Assembly (NCBI GenBank): GCA_947628165.1
Contig: CANQYV010000003.1
Span: 1-59,676 of the forward strand
Length of the DNA stretch: 59,676 bases
From: an uncultured Clostridia bacterium
GTDB taxonomy: Bacteria > Bacillota > Clostridia > Oscillospirales > CAG-272
Reading direction: 5' to 3'
This document shows positions 39,081 to 47,392 of the stretch, piece after piece; position 1 is the first letter of the stretch; each line of letters starts with the position of its first letter. The position numbers and the translations under genes were made by a program. Under the pieces are notes generated by a model. It ran no database searches and had not been told where the DNA came from. It was given only the letters and a program-made list of their open reading frames with translations.

Positions 39081-39731
39081 ATGGTCGGCAGCAGCAAAAG
39101 GATCATCATCGTCGCCGGTCATTTCGGCACGGGAAAGACGAACGTCTCAGTGTCGCTCGCGCTCGCCTCTGCCAGCCGCGGCTCCGTGATAATTGATCTT
39201 GACACCGTCAACCCCTATTTCCGCGCGGCGGATTCGGTGCCCGAGCTCCGCGCCGCGGGCGTCAGGACCATAATCCCCGAATACTCGAACACTAACGTCG
39301 ACATTCCCACCCTTCCCCCCGAGATAGCCTCCGTCTTCTTTTCCGACGAGACGGCGATATTCGACGTCGGCGGCGACGACGGAGCCGCGGCGCTCGGCGT
39401 ATACGAACGCGACATATCCCGCGTCGGCTATGAGATGCTGTATGTGATAAACATGTACCGCCTGCTCATTGCCGACCCCGAGGACGCCGTCGCCGTCATG
39501 AGGGAGATCGAGGGGTATTCCCGCCTGCGCTTCACCGGTATCGTGAACAATTCAAATCTCGGCGCCGAAACGACGCGGGAAACCGTCGCCGCCTCCGTTT
39601 CTTACGCCGAGTGCGTATCGAAGCTCACGGGCCTGCCCGTCGTCTTTACCTCCGTCATAGGTGATGCGCGCGCGCCGGAGGGCGTCGAGAATGTTTTCGT
39701 CATGGACGACCACACAAAAAAGCTGTTTTAG
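39081..39731 (+). CDS. P-loop ATP-binding protein associated with 2-oxoacid:ferredoxin oxidoreductase operons
   Basis: GHFGTGKT, DLDTVNPYFR, FDVGGDD; ATG 39081 with GGAGG RBS. Confidence 0.75.
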   Translation: MVGSSKRIIIVAGHFGTGKTNVSVSLALASASRGSVIIDLDTVNPYFRAADSVPELRAAGVRTIIPEYSNTNVDIPTLPPEIASVFFSDETAIFDVGGDDGAAALGVYERDISRVGYEMLYVINMYRLLIADPEDAVAVMREIEGYSRLRFTGIVNNSNLGAETTRETVAASVSYAECVSKLTGLPVVFTSVIGDARAPEGVENVFVMDDHTKKLF

Positions 39732-39760
39732 CAACCGAAATACAAAGCAAGGAGAAACAC

Positions 39761-39973
39761 ATGAACAAGGTCACGATCTCTTCCGACCGCTGCCGCGGCT
39801 GCGGTCTCTGCGTCGACGTCTGTCCCAAAAAGATACTGACGCTCGACGGAAAAACGCTCAATTCGCAGGGATATCACCCCGCTTCGGTCACCGACGCGGA
39901 AAAGTGCATCGCCTGCGCCATGTGCGCGCTGATGTGCCCTCACGTCGTCATACGCGTAGAGCGCGACGTCTGA
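39761..39973 (+). CDS. 2x[4Fe-4S] ferredoxin (delta subunit)
   Basis: CRGCGLCVDVCP and CIACAMCALMCP. Confidence 0.93.
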   Translation: MNKVTISSDRCRGCGLCVDVCPKKILTLDGKTLNSQGYHPASVTDAEKCIACAMCALMCPHVVIRVERDV

Positions 39974-40022
39974 TAACGGCGCACCCCCATACGTCAGAGA
40001 AAGGAAACGGTTACATAAAGAT

Positions 40023-41087
40023 ATGGCAAAGGTACTTATGAAGGGCAACGAGGCTATCGCCGAAGCGGCGATAAACGCAGGCTGCCTCTACTATTTCGGA
40101 TATCCGATAACTCCGCAGACGGAGATATCGGAATACATGGCGAAGCGCATGCCGAAGGTCGGCGGACTCTGCCTTCAGGCCGAGTCCGAGATTGCGGCGG
40201 TCAATATGCTGCTCGGCGCGTCCGCGTCCGGCACGCGCGCGATGACGTCGTCCTCGTCGCCCGGCATCAGCCTCAAGAGCGAGGGCATCTCGTATCTCGT
40301 CGGCTCGGACCTCCCCGCCGTCGTCGTCAACGTGCAGCGCGGCGGTCCCGGTCTCGGCGGCATCCAGCCCTCTCAGGCAGACTATTATCAGGCGACAAAG
40401 GCATACGGACACGGCGATATGCATCTTATCGTGCTCGCCCCCTCGACGGTTCAGGAGATGGCGACGCTCACGGGCGAGGCGTTCGACCTCGCGGACATTT
40501 ACCGCACCCCCGTCATCATCCTCGCCGACGGCGCGATAGGTCAGATGATGGAGCCCGTCGACTTTTCCGAAAGAAAGCCGCGTGAGCTGCCGGAAAAGAC
40601 GTGGGCGACGTGCGGCCACCGCGGCGCGCGCAAGCACAATATCGTAAACTCCCTTCTCATGGAGCCCGAGGAGCTCGAGCGCTCTATCCGCGACCGCTTC
40701 GAGCGTTACCGCAAAATCGAGGAAAACGAAGTCATGTGCGAAAAATACATGACTGACGACGCAGATATCGTCGTTGTCGCGTTCGGCATAGCCGCGCGCA
40801 TTGCAAAGACGGCGGCGCAGATCGCGCGTTCGCGCGGCGTCAAGGCGGGAGTTCTCCGCCCGATAACGCTCTGGCCGTTCCCGAACAAGGAGATATCCGC
40901 GCTCGCCGACACGGCGAAGGCGTTCCTCTCCGTCGAGCTTTCGATGGGACAGATGGTGACGGACGTCAAGCTCGCCTGCGAATGCCGCCGTCCCGTCGAT
41001 TTCTTCGGACGGACGGGCGGCGTCATCCCCGCCCCGGCGGACGTCGCCGAAAAGCTCTGCGCGATGTCGCGCGAGCTCTCGATATGA
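40023..41087 (+). CDS. vorB: 2-oxoacid:ferredoxin oxidoreductase alpha subunit (VorB-type)
   Basis: MKGNEAIAEAA, GYPITPQTE, QAESE, SSSPGISL, QRGGPGLG. Confidence 0.88.
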   Translation: MAKVLMKGNEAIAEAAINAGCLYYFGYPITPQTEISEYMAKRMPKVGGLCLQAESEIAAVNMLLGASASGTRAMTSSSSPGISLKSEGISYLVGSDLPAVVVNVQRGGPGLGGIQPSQADYYQATKAYGHGDMHLIVLAPSTVQEMATLTGEAFDLADIYRTPVIILADGAIGQMMEPVDFSERKPRELPEKTWATCGHRGARKHNIVNSLLMEPEELERSIRDRFERYRKIEENEVMCEKYMTDDADIVVVAFGIAARIAKTAAQIARSRGVKAGVLRPITLWPFPNKEISALADTAKAFLSVELSMGQMVTDVKLACECRRPVDFFGRTGGVIPAPADVAEKLCAMSRELSI

Positions 41088-41111
41088 AAAAGAAGGAGGT
41101 ATATTCAAAAA

Positions 41112-41870
41112 ATGGCTGTTGTATTTGAAAGACCGCACGCCCTTGCCGATACGCTGATGCACTACTGCCCCGGCTGCACACACGGTATCGTCCACCGTCT
41201 CGTCGCCGAGGCGATAGACGAGCTCGGCGTCGAGGACAGAACCGTCGGCATCGCTCCTGTCGGCTGCGCGGTATTTGCATATAATTACTTCAACTGCGAC
41301 ATGATAGAGGCGGCGCACGGAAGAGCGCCCGCCGTCGCAACGGGCGTCAAGCGCACGCATCCCGAGCTCGTCGTCTTTACATATCAGGGTGACGGAGACC
41401 TTGCCGCGATCGGAACGGCGGAGACAGTCCACGCCGCGACGCGCGGAGAAAACATCACCGTCGTGTTCATCAACAACTGCATATACGGAATGACAGGCGG
41501 CCAGATGGCGCCGACGACGCTGCCGGGTCAGGTCACGGCGACGACGCCGTACGGCAGAACGCCCAAGATACAGGGCAACCCCGTCCGCGTCTGCGAGATG
41601 CTCTCGACGCTCGACGGCGTGGCATACGCCGCGCGCGTTTCGGTAGACACGCCCGCAAACGTCAGAAACGCGAAAAAGGCGATCCTCAAGGGCTTTAAAA
41701 ATCAGCTCGACTGCAAAGGATTCTCAATAATTGAGGTCCTTTCGACCTGCCCTACGAACTGGGGTCTTTCGCCTAAGGACGCGCTTTTCTGGCTGCGCGA
41801 AAACATGATACCTTATTATCCGCTCGGCACATACAAGGACGTCGACGCGCCGAAGGAGGAAACGAAATGA
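41112..41870 (+). CDS. 2-oxoacid:ferredoxin oxidoreductase beta (TPP-binding) subunit
   Basis: HYCPGCTHG, YQGDGD...NN TPP motif, CPTNWG. Confidence 0.9.
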   Translation: MAVVFERPHALADTLMHYCPGCTHGIVHRLVAEAIDELGVEDRTVGIAPVGCAVFAYNYFNCDMIEAAHGRAPAVATGVKRTHPELVVFTYQGDGDLAAIGTAETVHAATRGENITVVFINNCIYGMTGGQMAPTTLPGQVTATTPYGRTPKIQGNPVRVCEMLSTLDGVAYAARVSVDTPANVRNAKKAILKGFKNQLDCKGFSIIEVLSTCPTNWGLSPKDALFWLRENMIPYYPLGTYKDVDAPKEETK

Positions 41871-42406
41871 AACAAGGGACTTACAACATCCTCATAGCGG
41901 GCTTCGGCGGTCAGGGCGTGCTCTTTGCCGGAAAAGCCCTGGCGAAGATGGGAATGCACGAAGGACTTCACGTTACATGGCTCCCCTCATACGGTCCCGA
42001 GATGCGCGGCGGCGCCGCGAACTGCTCCGTCATAATCTCGGACGAGGAGATAGGCTCGCCGCTCGTACCCGACCCCGACATCCTGATCGCGTTGAACATT
42101 CCCTCATTCGATAAATTCGAGCCGCATATAAAACCCGGAGGAATGCTCTTTGCAGACAGCGCGATGATAGACAGAAAGACCTCCCGCACCGACATAGAGG
42201 CGCACTACATCCCCGCGTCCTCCCTTGCTTCCGATAACGGACTTTCCGGTCTCGCGAACGTCATTATGCTCGGCCACGTCATAAAGAAAACAGGCATTTT
42301 CGACTACGACGCGTTTCTCAAAGACCTAGTCTCCGGCATACCGGCGTCGCGCTCGGCGCTCGTCGAGGGAAATACGAAGGCGCTCCGCCTCGGCTTTGAA
42401 TATTGA
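41867..42406 (+). CDS. 2-oxoacid:ferredoxin oxidoreductase gamma subunit
   Basis: AGFGGQGV, SYGPEMRGG, NVIMLG. Confidence 0.9.
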   Translation: MKQGTYNILIAGFGGQGVLFAGKALAKMGMHEGLHVTWLPSYGPEMRGGAANCSVIISDEEIGSPLVPDPDILIALNIPSFDKFEPHIKPGGMLFADSAMIDRKTSRTDIEAHYIPASSLASDNGLSGLANVIMLGHVIKKTGIFDYDAFLKDLVSGIPASRSALVEGNTKALRLGFEY

Positions 42407-42433
42407 GGCAGAACGAAAAGGAAATAACAGGAT

Positions 42434-42721
42434 ATGAAAGCTGAAACGAATAAAAAACTGACGGTCATTGTTGCCGCGCTCGTCATACTCTTGCTCATCG
42501 CCGCCGAGTGCCACGCGGAGTCCGTGAGCAAAAACAAGGGCGGCGCCGAAACAACCGACGCCTATACAGACGCCTATACAAACGAAAGCACCTCTCCCGC
42601 AACCGACGCGGAGACGAATCCGTCAACCGAAGCGCCCGGGACAGAAGCGCCCGCGACAGAAGCTCCCGCGGCAGATGTGCCCGCGACAGAAGCTCCCGCG
42701 CCCGAGGTACCCGAGGCGTAA
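42434..42721 (+). CDS. Small membrane-anchored/secreted low-complexity protein
   Basis: Basic N-terminus, hydrophobic helix, TEAPA repeats; followed by a terminator. Confidence 0.6.
   Translation: MKAETNKKLTVIVAALVILLLIAAECHAESVSKNKGGAETTDAYTDAYTNESTSPATDAETNPSTEAPGTEAPATEAPAADVPATEAPAPEVPEA
42626..42715 (+). repeat. 15-nt coding tandem repeat x6 (TEAPA)
   Basis: ACAGAAGC(G/T)CCCGCG units at a 15-nt period. Confidence 0.85.
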
Positions 42722-42743
42722 GCCGCAGGGGCTGCACAGAATT

Positions 42744-42797
42744 AAATCGCCCGTTTGCCTGTAATCATGAAAATTCAGGCGCACGGGCGATTTTTTC
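42744..42797 (+). terminator. Rho-independent terminator
   Basis: AAATCGCCCGT...ACGGGCGATTT followed by a T-tract. Confidence 0.7.
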
Positions 42798-42821
42798 ACG
42801 CAAAAAAATATTATTTTGCAC

Positions 42822-42875
42822 TTGACAGCGCGCGGCGCGTGTGATATACTGCTGTAAAGTGATTTGCTTTACAGC
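42822..42875 (+). promoter_or_regulatory. Sigma-A promoter of ylxM-ffh with adjacent perfect inverted repeat
   Basis: TTGACA-17 nt-TATACT (TG-extended), then GCTGTAAAG-7 nt-CTTTACAGC at 42851-42875. Confidence 0.8.
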
Positions 42876-42890
42876 GTGGAGGCGTCGGAT

Positions 42891-43271
42891 ACGGAAAAAA
42901 ATCTGTCATACGGCGTGCTGCTCGACATTTACGGTCAGCTTTTGACCGAACGGCAGTGCGAGCTTCTCGGGCTTTATTATAACGACGACTACTCCCTCTC
43001 GGAGATATCGGAAAACACCGGCATCTCGCGGCAGGGCGTAAGAGACGCGATAAAGCGCGGAGAGGCGGAGCTCGACAGGCTCGAGCGTTCGCTCGGAATG
43101 GCCGATATATTCTCGGAGGCAGAGTCCATCGCCGCCGAGCTTGAGTCCACCGCCGAGGGAGCCTCCCCCGCCCTGCGCCAAACGATACTCCGCGCCGCAT
43201 CCCGCGTCCGCTCGCTTGCCGAGCGGCAATCGGGCGCCGGCGACAGGGACAAAGACGACCCGGAGATATAA
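42891..43271 (+). CDS. ylxM: YlxM (UPF0122) HTH protein, SRP-associated
   Basis: LLDIYGQLLTERQ..YYNDDYSLSEISE..ISRQGVRDAIKR; the expected start position holds ACG. Confidence 0.9.
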   Translation, partial: TEKNLSYGVLLDIYGQLLTERQCELLGLYYNDDYSLSEISENTGISRQGVRDAIKRGEAELDRLERSLGMADIFSEAESIAAELESTAEGASPALRQTILRAASRVRSLAERQSGAGDRDKDDPEI

Positions 43272-43273
43272 CG

Positions 43274-44614
43274 ATGTTTTCAAGTCTCACCGATAAACTC
43301 AACAGTGCGCTCAAAAAATTCCGCAGCAAGGGCAAGCTGACGGCTGCCGACGTCAAGGAAGGCATGCGCGAGGTCAAGCTCGCGCTGCTCGAAGCGGACG
43401 TCAACTACCGCGTCGTCAAGGATTTCGTTGCCGCCGTGACCGAGCGCGCGGTCGGCGAGGAGGTGCTCGCCTCCCTCGTCCCCGCACAGCAGATAGTAAA
43501 GATAACGGACGAAGAGCTGACCGCCATAATGGGCGGCACCGTCTCAAAGCTCAACATTTCCCCGAAGCCGCCGACGGTCGTCATGGTCTGCGGGCTCCAG
43601 GGCGCCGGAAAAACGACGCACTGTGCGAAGCTCGCGGCGATGTATAAAAAGCAGGGCAAGCGCCCGCTGCTCGCCGCGTGCGACGTTTACAGACCGGCGG
43701 CGATAAAGCAGCTCGAGGTGCTCGGCGAACAGATAGGCGTCCCGGTCTTTTCTCTCGGAGCCGACGTCTCGCCCGTAAAGATAGCGCGCGAGGCGCTCGA
43801 ACACGCGAAAAAGCACGGGCACGACATGCTCTTCCTCGATACGGCGGGCCGCCTTCACATCGACGAGGAACTGATGGGCGAGCTCTCCGACATCAAGGCC
43901 GAGCTCGAACCGACGGAAATTCTGCTCGTTGTCGACTCGATGACGGGTCAGGACGCCGTCAACGTCGCGAAAGCCTTCAACGAACAGCTCGACATCACCG
44001 GCGTCATATTGACAAAGCTCGACGGCGACACGCGCGGAGGCGCGGCGCTCTCTGTCCGCCACATCACCGGCAAGCCGATAAAATTCATCGGCACAGGCGA
44101 AAAGCTCGACCAGATAGAGCCCTTCCACCCCGACCGCATGGCGCAGCGCATCCTCGGCATGGGCGACGTCCTGACGCTTATCGAAAAGGCGCAGGAGCAG
44201 TTCGACGAGAAGCAGGCGATGGAGCTCGAGCGCAAAATGCGCGAGGAGACGTTCACGCTGACCGATTATCTCGCTCAGCTCGACCAACTTCGCGGAATGG
44301 GGAGCCTTGAATCCATAGTGGGCATGATACCGGGGATGAACCAGTCCGCCCTCAAGGACGCGAAGATCGACGAAAACGCGCTCCGGCACACGGAAGCGAT
44401 GATCCTTTCCATGACGCCGCGCGAGCGCGAGCACCCGGAGATAATCAACGCGCAGCGCAAAAAGCGCATTGCCGCCGGCAGCGGCACTAAGGTCGAAGAA
44501 CTGAACCGTCTTTTAAAGCAATTCGACGCGATGAAGAAGATGATGAAGCAGTTCACGGGCAAAAAGGCCGCAAAGCTCATGCGGCGCATGAACAAAGGTA
44601 AACTCCCGTTTTAG
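43274..44614 (+). CDS. ffh: Signal recognition particle protein
   Basis: GLQGAGKTT, DTAGR, TKLDGD.RGGAALS, Met-rich M domain. Confidence 0.98.
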   Translation: MFSSLTDKLNSALKKFRSKGKLTAADVKEGMREVKLALLEADVNYRVVKDFVAAVTERAVGEEVLASLVPAQQIVKITDEELTAIMGGTVSKLNISPKPPTVVMVCGLQGAGKTTHCAKLAAMYKKQGKRPLLAACDVYRPAAIKQLEVLGEQIGVPVFSLGADVSPVKIAREALEHAKKHGHDMLFLDTAGRLHIDEELMGELSDIKAELEPTEILLVVDSMTGQDAVNVAKAFNEQLDITGVILTKLDGDTRGGAALSVRHITGKPIKFIGTGEKLDQIEPFHPDRMAQRILGMGDVLTLIEKAQEQFDEKQAMELERKMREETFTLTDYLAQLDQLRGMGSLESIVGMIPGMNQSALKDAKIDENALRHTEAMILSMTPREREHPEIINAQRKKRIAAGSGTKVEELNRLLKQFDAMKKMMKQFTGKKAAKLMRRMNKGKLPF

Positions 44615-44668
44615 TTTTTGATTTTCGGGATTTTATAAATATTTTATTATTTTTATTCGGAGGACATT

Positions 44669-44914
44669 ATGTCAGTCAAAATCAGATTAAAGCGCACAGG
44701 CGCAAAAAAGCAGCCGTCGTACCGCATCGTAGTTGCGGACTCCCGCTTCCCGCGCGACGGTCGTTTCATCGAAGAGCTCGGTTACTACAACCCGCGCACG
44801 GAGCCCTCGACCGTTAAGGTAGACGGCGAGAAGGCGAAGAAATGGCTTGCCAACGGCGCTCAGCCGACGGATACAGTCAGAGCGCTTCTCAAGAAGAGCG
44901 GAGTTATAGAATAA
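44669..44914 (+). CDS. rpsP: 30S ribosomal protein S16
   Basis: [27 protein letters not shown]. Confidence 0.98.
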   Translation: MSVKIRLKRTGAKKQPSYRIVVADSRFPRDGRFIEELGYYNPRTEPSTVKVDGEKAKKWLANGAQPTDTVRALLKKSGVIE

Positions 44915-44982
44915 ATCCGCAGCCCATTCTTTAAGAAAGGAAGAGCCTCCCCTTTATTTTGGGTGAGCTCGAAAGGCAAGGA

Positions 44983-45219
44983 ATGATCGACCTTAAAGAG
45001 GTTCTGTCAATTATTGCGAGATCCATCGTCGAGCATCCCGACGAGGTCACCGTAACCGAGACCGTTTCGGGCGACGTCGTCACACTCACGCTCAGCGTCG
45101 CGGAATCCGACATGGGCATGGTCATAGGCCGCCACGGAAAGATCGCGCACGCGATACGTTCCGTCATGAAGGCCGCCGCCGTCTCGACTGGAAAGAAAGT
45201 CAACGTTGACATAAAGTAA
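44983..45219 (+). CDS. khpA: KH-domain RNA-binding protein KhpA
   Basis: DMGMVIGRHG KH motif; follows rpsP. Confidence 0.9.
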   Translation: MIDLKEVLSIIARSIVEHPDEVTVTETVSGDVVTLTLSVAESDMGMVIGRHGKIAHAIRSVMKAAAVSTGKKVNVDIK

Positions 45220-45231
45220 AAACCGGCAAAC

Positions 45232-45290
45232 AAAAAACGGCTGCCGCACGGGCGAGAAAAACGCACCGTGCGGCAGCCGTTATAATTTTT
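45232..45290. terminator. Bidirectional terminator
   Basis: 16-bp perfect stem AACGGCTGCCGCACGG / CCGTGCGGCAGCCGTT between convergent genes. Confidence 0.85.
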
Positions 45291-45345
45291 TGCGGTTCTG
45301 ATATATCGTAGTCCGATTTTTTCTTTTCCGAAACAGTTTTTTATA

Positions 45346-47364
45346 TTATTCAAAAAGTCCCGTTGTGTTGCCGTCGAAGAGGTAGTTGTAGGCGAGCATC
45401 GAATACTTGCGGAGCGGCTCCTCGCCTGCCGCCTCGTCCGCGTCGTGCAGCTTTCCGTCCTTGTCCGTAAACGAGTTCGCCGTCAGCGTCGGGTAGCTTT
45501 GGCGAAGCTCCGAGAGGAATTTCTGCGCGTCCGTCAGCTCGACGTTTGCGACACGGCACAAAAGCGTCGAAAGATAGTTTGCGCTTATGTCCGATATCTC
45601 CTCTTCCCTTATGTCATAGTTCGCCCAGATGAAAAACGGCACCTCGTAATATTTTTCCCTGTCGTTGATGTCGTTTAAGTCGAGTGTGACGCCCTCCTGC
45701 CTCAGTATCGGGGCGGCAAGACTGCTCGCGGGCTGGTGGTCGCCGAAAAGCATGAGTATCGTCGGCTCGTCAAACGATTTAAGGAACTTGACGAGAGACT
45801 CGACCGCCTCGTCCGTCGCGCGCAGGAGCGACAGATACTGCGAAAGACTGAAATTGCTCTCCTGACCGTCGACGATTATCCTCTGCCCATAGAAATTGTT
45901 GTGTCTCGTCCCGTAGCCGCCGTGGTTCTGCATCGTTACGTTGAAAACGAACATCGGCGTGCCGGGCTCTTTTTCCATGAGCTTGCGCTCGATGAAATTG
46001 AATACCGAAATGTCCGAAACATAAGAGCGCAGCGTCGTCCTCCCCGGGATGTCGGAGCGGAAATACATCTCCTCGAACCCGAAGTGCTTGTATACCTCGT
46101 TTCGCTCCCATCCGTTCGCAAGATACGGGTGCACCGCGAGCGTTTTATACCCCGCATTTGCAAGCTGTGAGGCGAGCGTCGGCACGTCGCGCTCAACATA
46201 CTGCTGATAAGGGATGCTCCCCGGCGGCAGGAAAGCCATCGACAACCCCGTCAGAAACTCGTATTCCGTGTTCGCGGTATTTCCGCCGAGCACCGAAACG
46301 TGCAGATGTCCCTTGACGGTGTCCTCCGACAGGCTCCTGATGAACGGGATGTAGTCCTCGTTCGTCTCAAAATCCGTGAGGACGGAAAGGTCCGAAAACG
46401 CCTCGTTCATAACTACGATGATGTTCGGCTCACTGACGTCGGAATACGCCTCGCCCGCGGCGTCCTCCCCGTCTATATTTTTTATCTCCTCCGCGATATC
46501 GGCAAGCGCGCCGTCCGAATAACCGTCCGGCTTGTCGACCGAAACATAGCGGAGCGTCATCAAAAACGAAACGGTAAAGCCGTTTCTCTGATACACCTTG
46601 ACCGGTACGAACAGTGCGTCGAGCAGACCGAAATCGTCGACGGCGCGGTCGAGGCTCAGATAATATCCGTAACCGAAGAGCATAACGAGCGACACGGCGC
46701 ACGCCGAGAGGCGCACGGCGAGCTTCTTCAGCCCATCGACAGCGGTGCCGAAATAAAACCCGAGATAAATCAGGAAAAAGAGCGCCGTGAGCGACGCGGC
46801 AAAGGACGCCGAAACCGAAAAATCGTAGTTTCCGGCGACGGACGCCGCCACCCCCGCGCTCGCAATATCCCAGGGGAAAAGGGGCACAGAGCGGAATGCG
46901 AGCACATAGTGCTCCGCCGTGCCCGCGATCAGAGCGTATATGCAAGGGACTGCCGCGGCAAACGCCGTCCTGCGCGTGGCAAAGAACGATATTGCCGCTA
47001 TGATATAGAAAAAAATCAGATTCAGGAAAATGACCTGCCCCGCCATCGCAAACGGATTATTGCACATGGACTCGAGCAGAAACATCGCCGCCGCGGGGAA
47101 AATCACCGGCGGTATTGCCGACATCACCTTTGCCGCGGTATTTTCTCTCTTTCCGACATGAACGAAAAGCAGAGCCGTCATCGCCGCGGTCATAAGTACC
47201 GAGAGCAGCAGAAATACCCCTCTGCCTGCCTCCTCGATGCCGCCGAAAAAGGCGGCGGCAGTCACGGCGAGCGACAATGCTGCCGGCAGTATATAAGGCA
47301 GCTCGCGCAGCGTCGGCAGTCTCAAAACGCCTGTCCGAGCCTCGCTTTGAACTTCGTTATCCAT
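45346..47364 (-). CDS. LTA synthase/sulfatase-family membrane protein (paralog 2)
   Basis: Multi-TM N-terminus; NEAF, GGNTANTE (catalytic Thr), MQNHG, FGDHQP. Confidence 0.88.
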   Translation of the reverse strand: MDNEVQSEARTGVLRLPTLRELPYILPAALSLAVTAAAFFGGIEEAGRGVFLLLSVLMTAAMTALLFVHVGKRENTAAKVMSAIPPVIFPAAAMFLLESMCNNPFAMAGQVIFLNLIFFYIIAAISFFATRRTAFAAAVPCIYALIAGTAEHYVLAFRSVPLFPWDIASAGVAASVAGNYDFSVSASFAASLTALFFLIYLGFYFGTAVDGLKKLAVRLSACAVSLVMLFGYGYYLSLDRAVDDFGLLDALFVPVKVYQRNGFTVSFLMTLRYVSVDKPDGYSDGALADIAEEIKNIDGEDAAGEAYSDVSEPNIIVVMNEAFSDLSVLTDFETNEDYIPFIRSLSEDTVKGHLHVSVLGGNTANTEYEFLTGLSMAFLPPGSIPYQQYVERDVPTLASQLANAGYKTLAVHPYLANGWERNEVYKHFGFEEMYFRSDIPGRTTLRSYVSDISVFNFIERKLMEKEPGTPMFVFNVTMQNHGGYGTRHNNFYGQRIIVDGQESNFSLSQYLSLLRATDEAVESLVKFLKSFDEPTILMLFGDHQPASSLAAPILRQEGVTLDLNDINDREKYYEVPFFIWANYDIREEEISDISANYLSTLLCRVANVELTDAQKFLSELRQSYPTLTANSFTDKDGKLHDADEAAGEEPLRKYSMLAYNYLFDGNTTGLFE

Positions 47365-47392
47365 TGTTTTTCCTTCTCTTTTTCACTTCGTT

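Noticed and set aside
42800-45300. SRP RNA, tRNA or other RNA gene near ffh
   Set aside because: The intergenic gaps are short and no recognisable tRNA or SRP structure is present.
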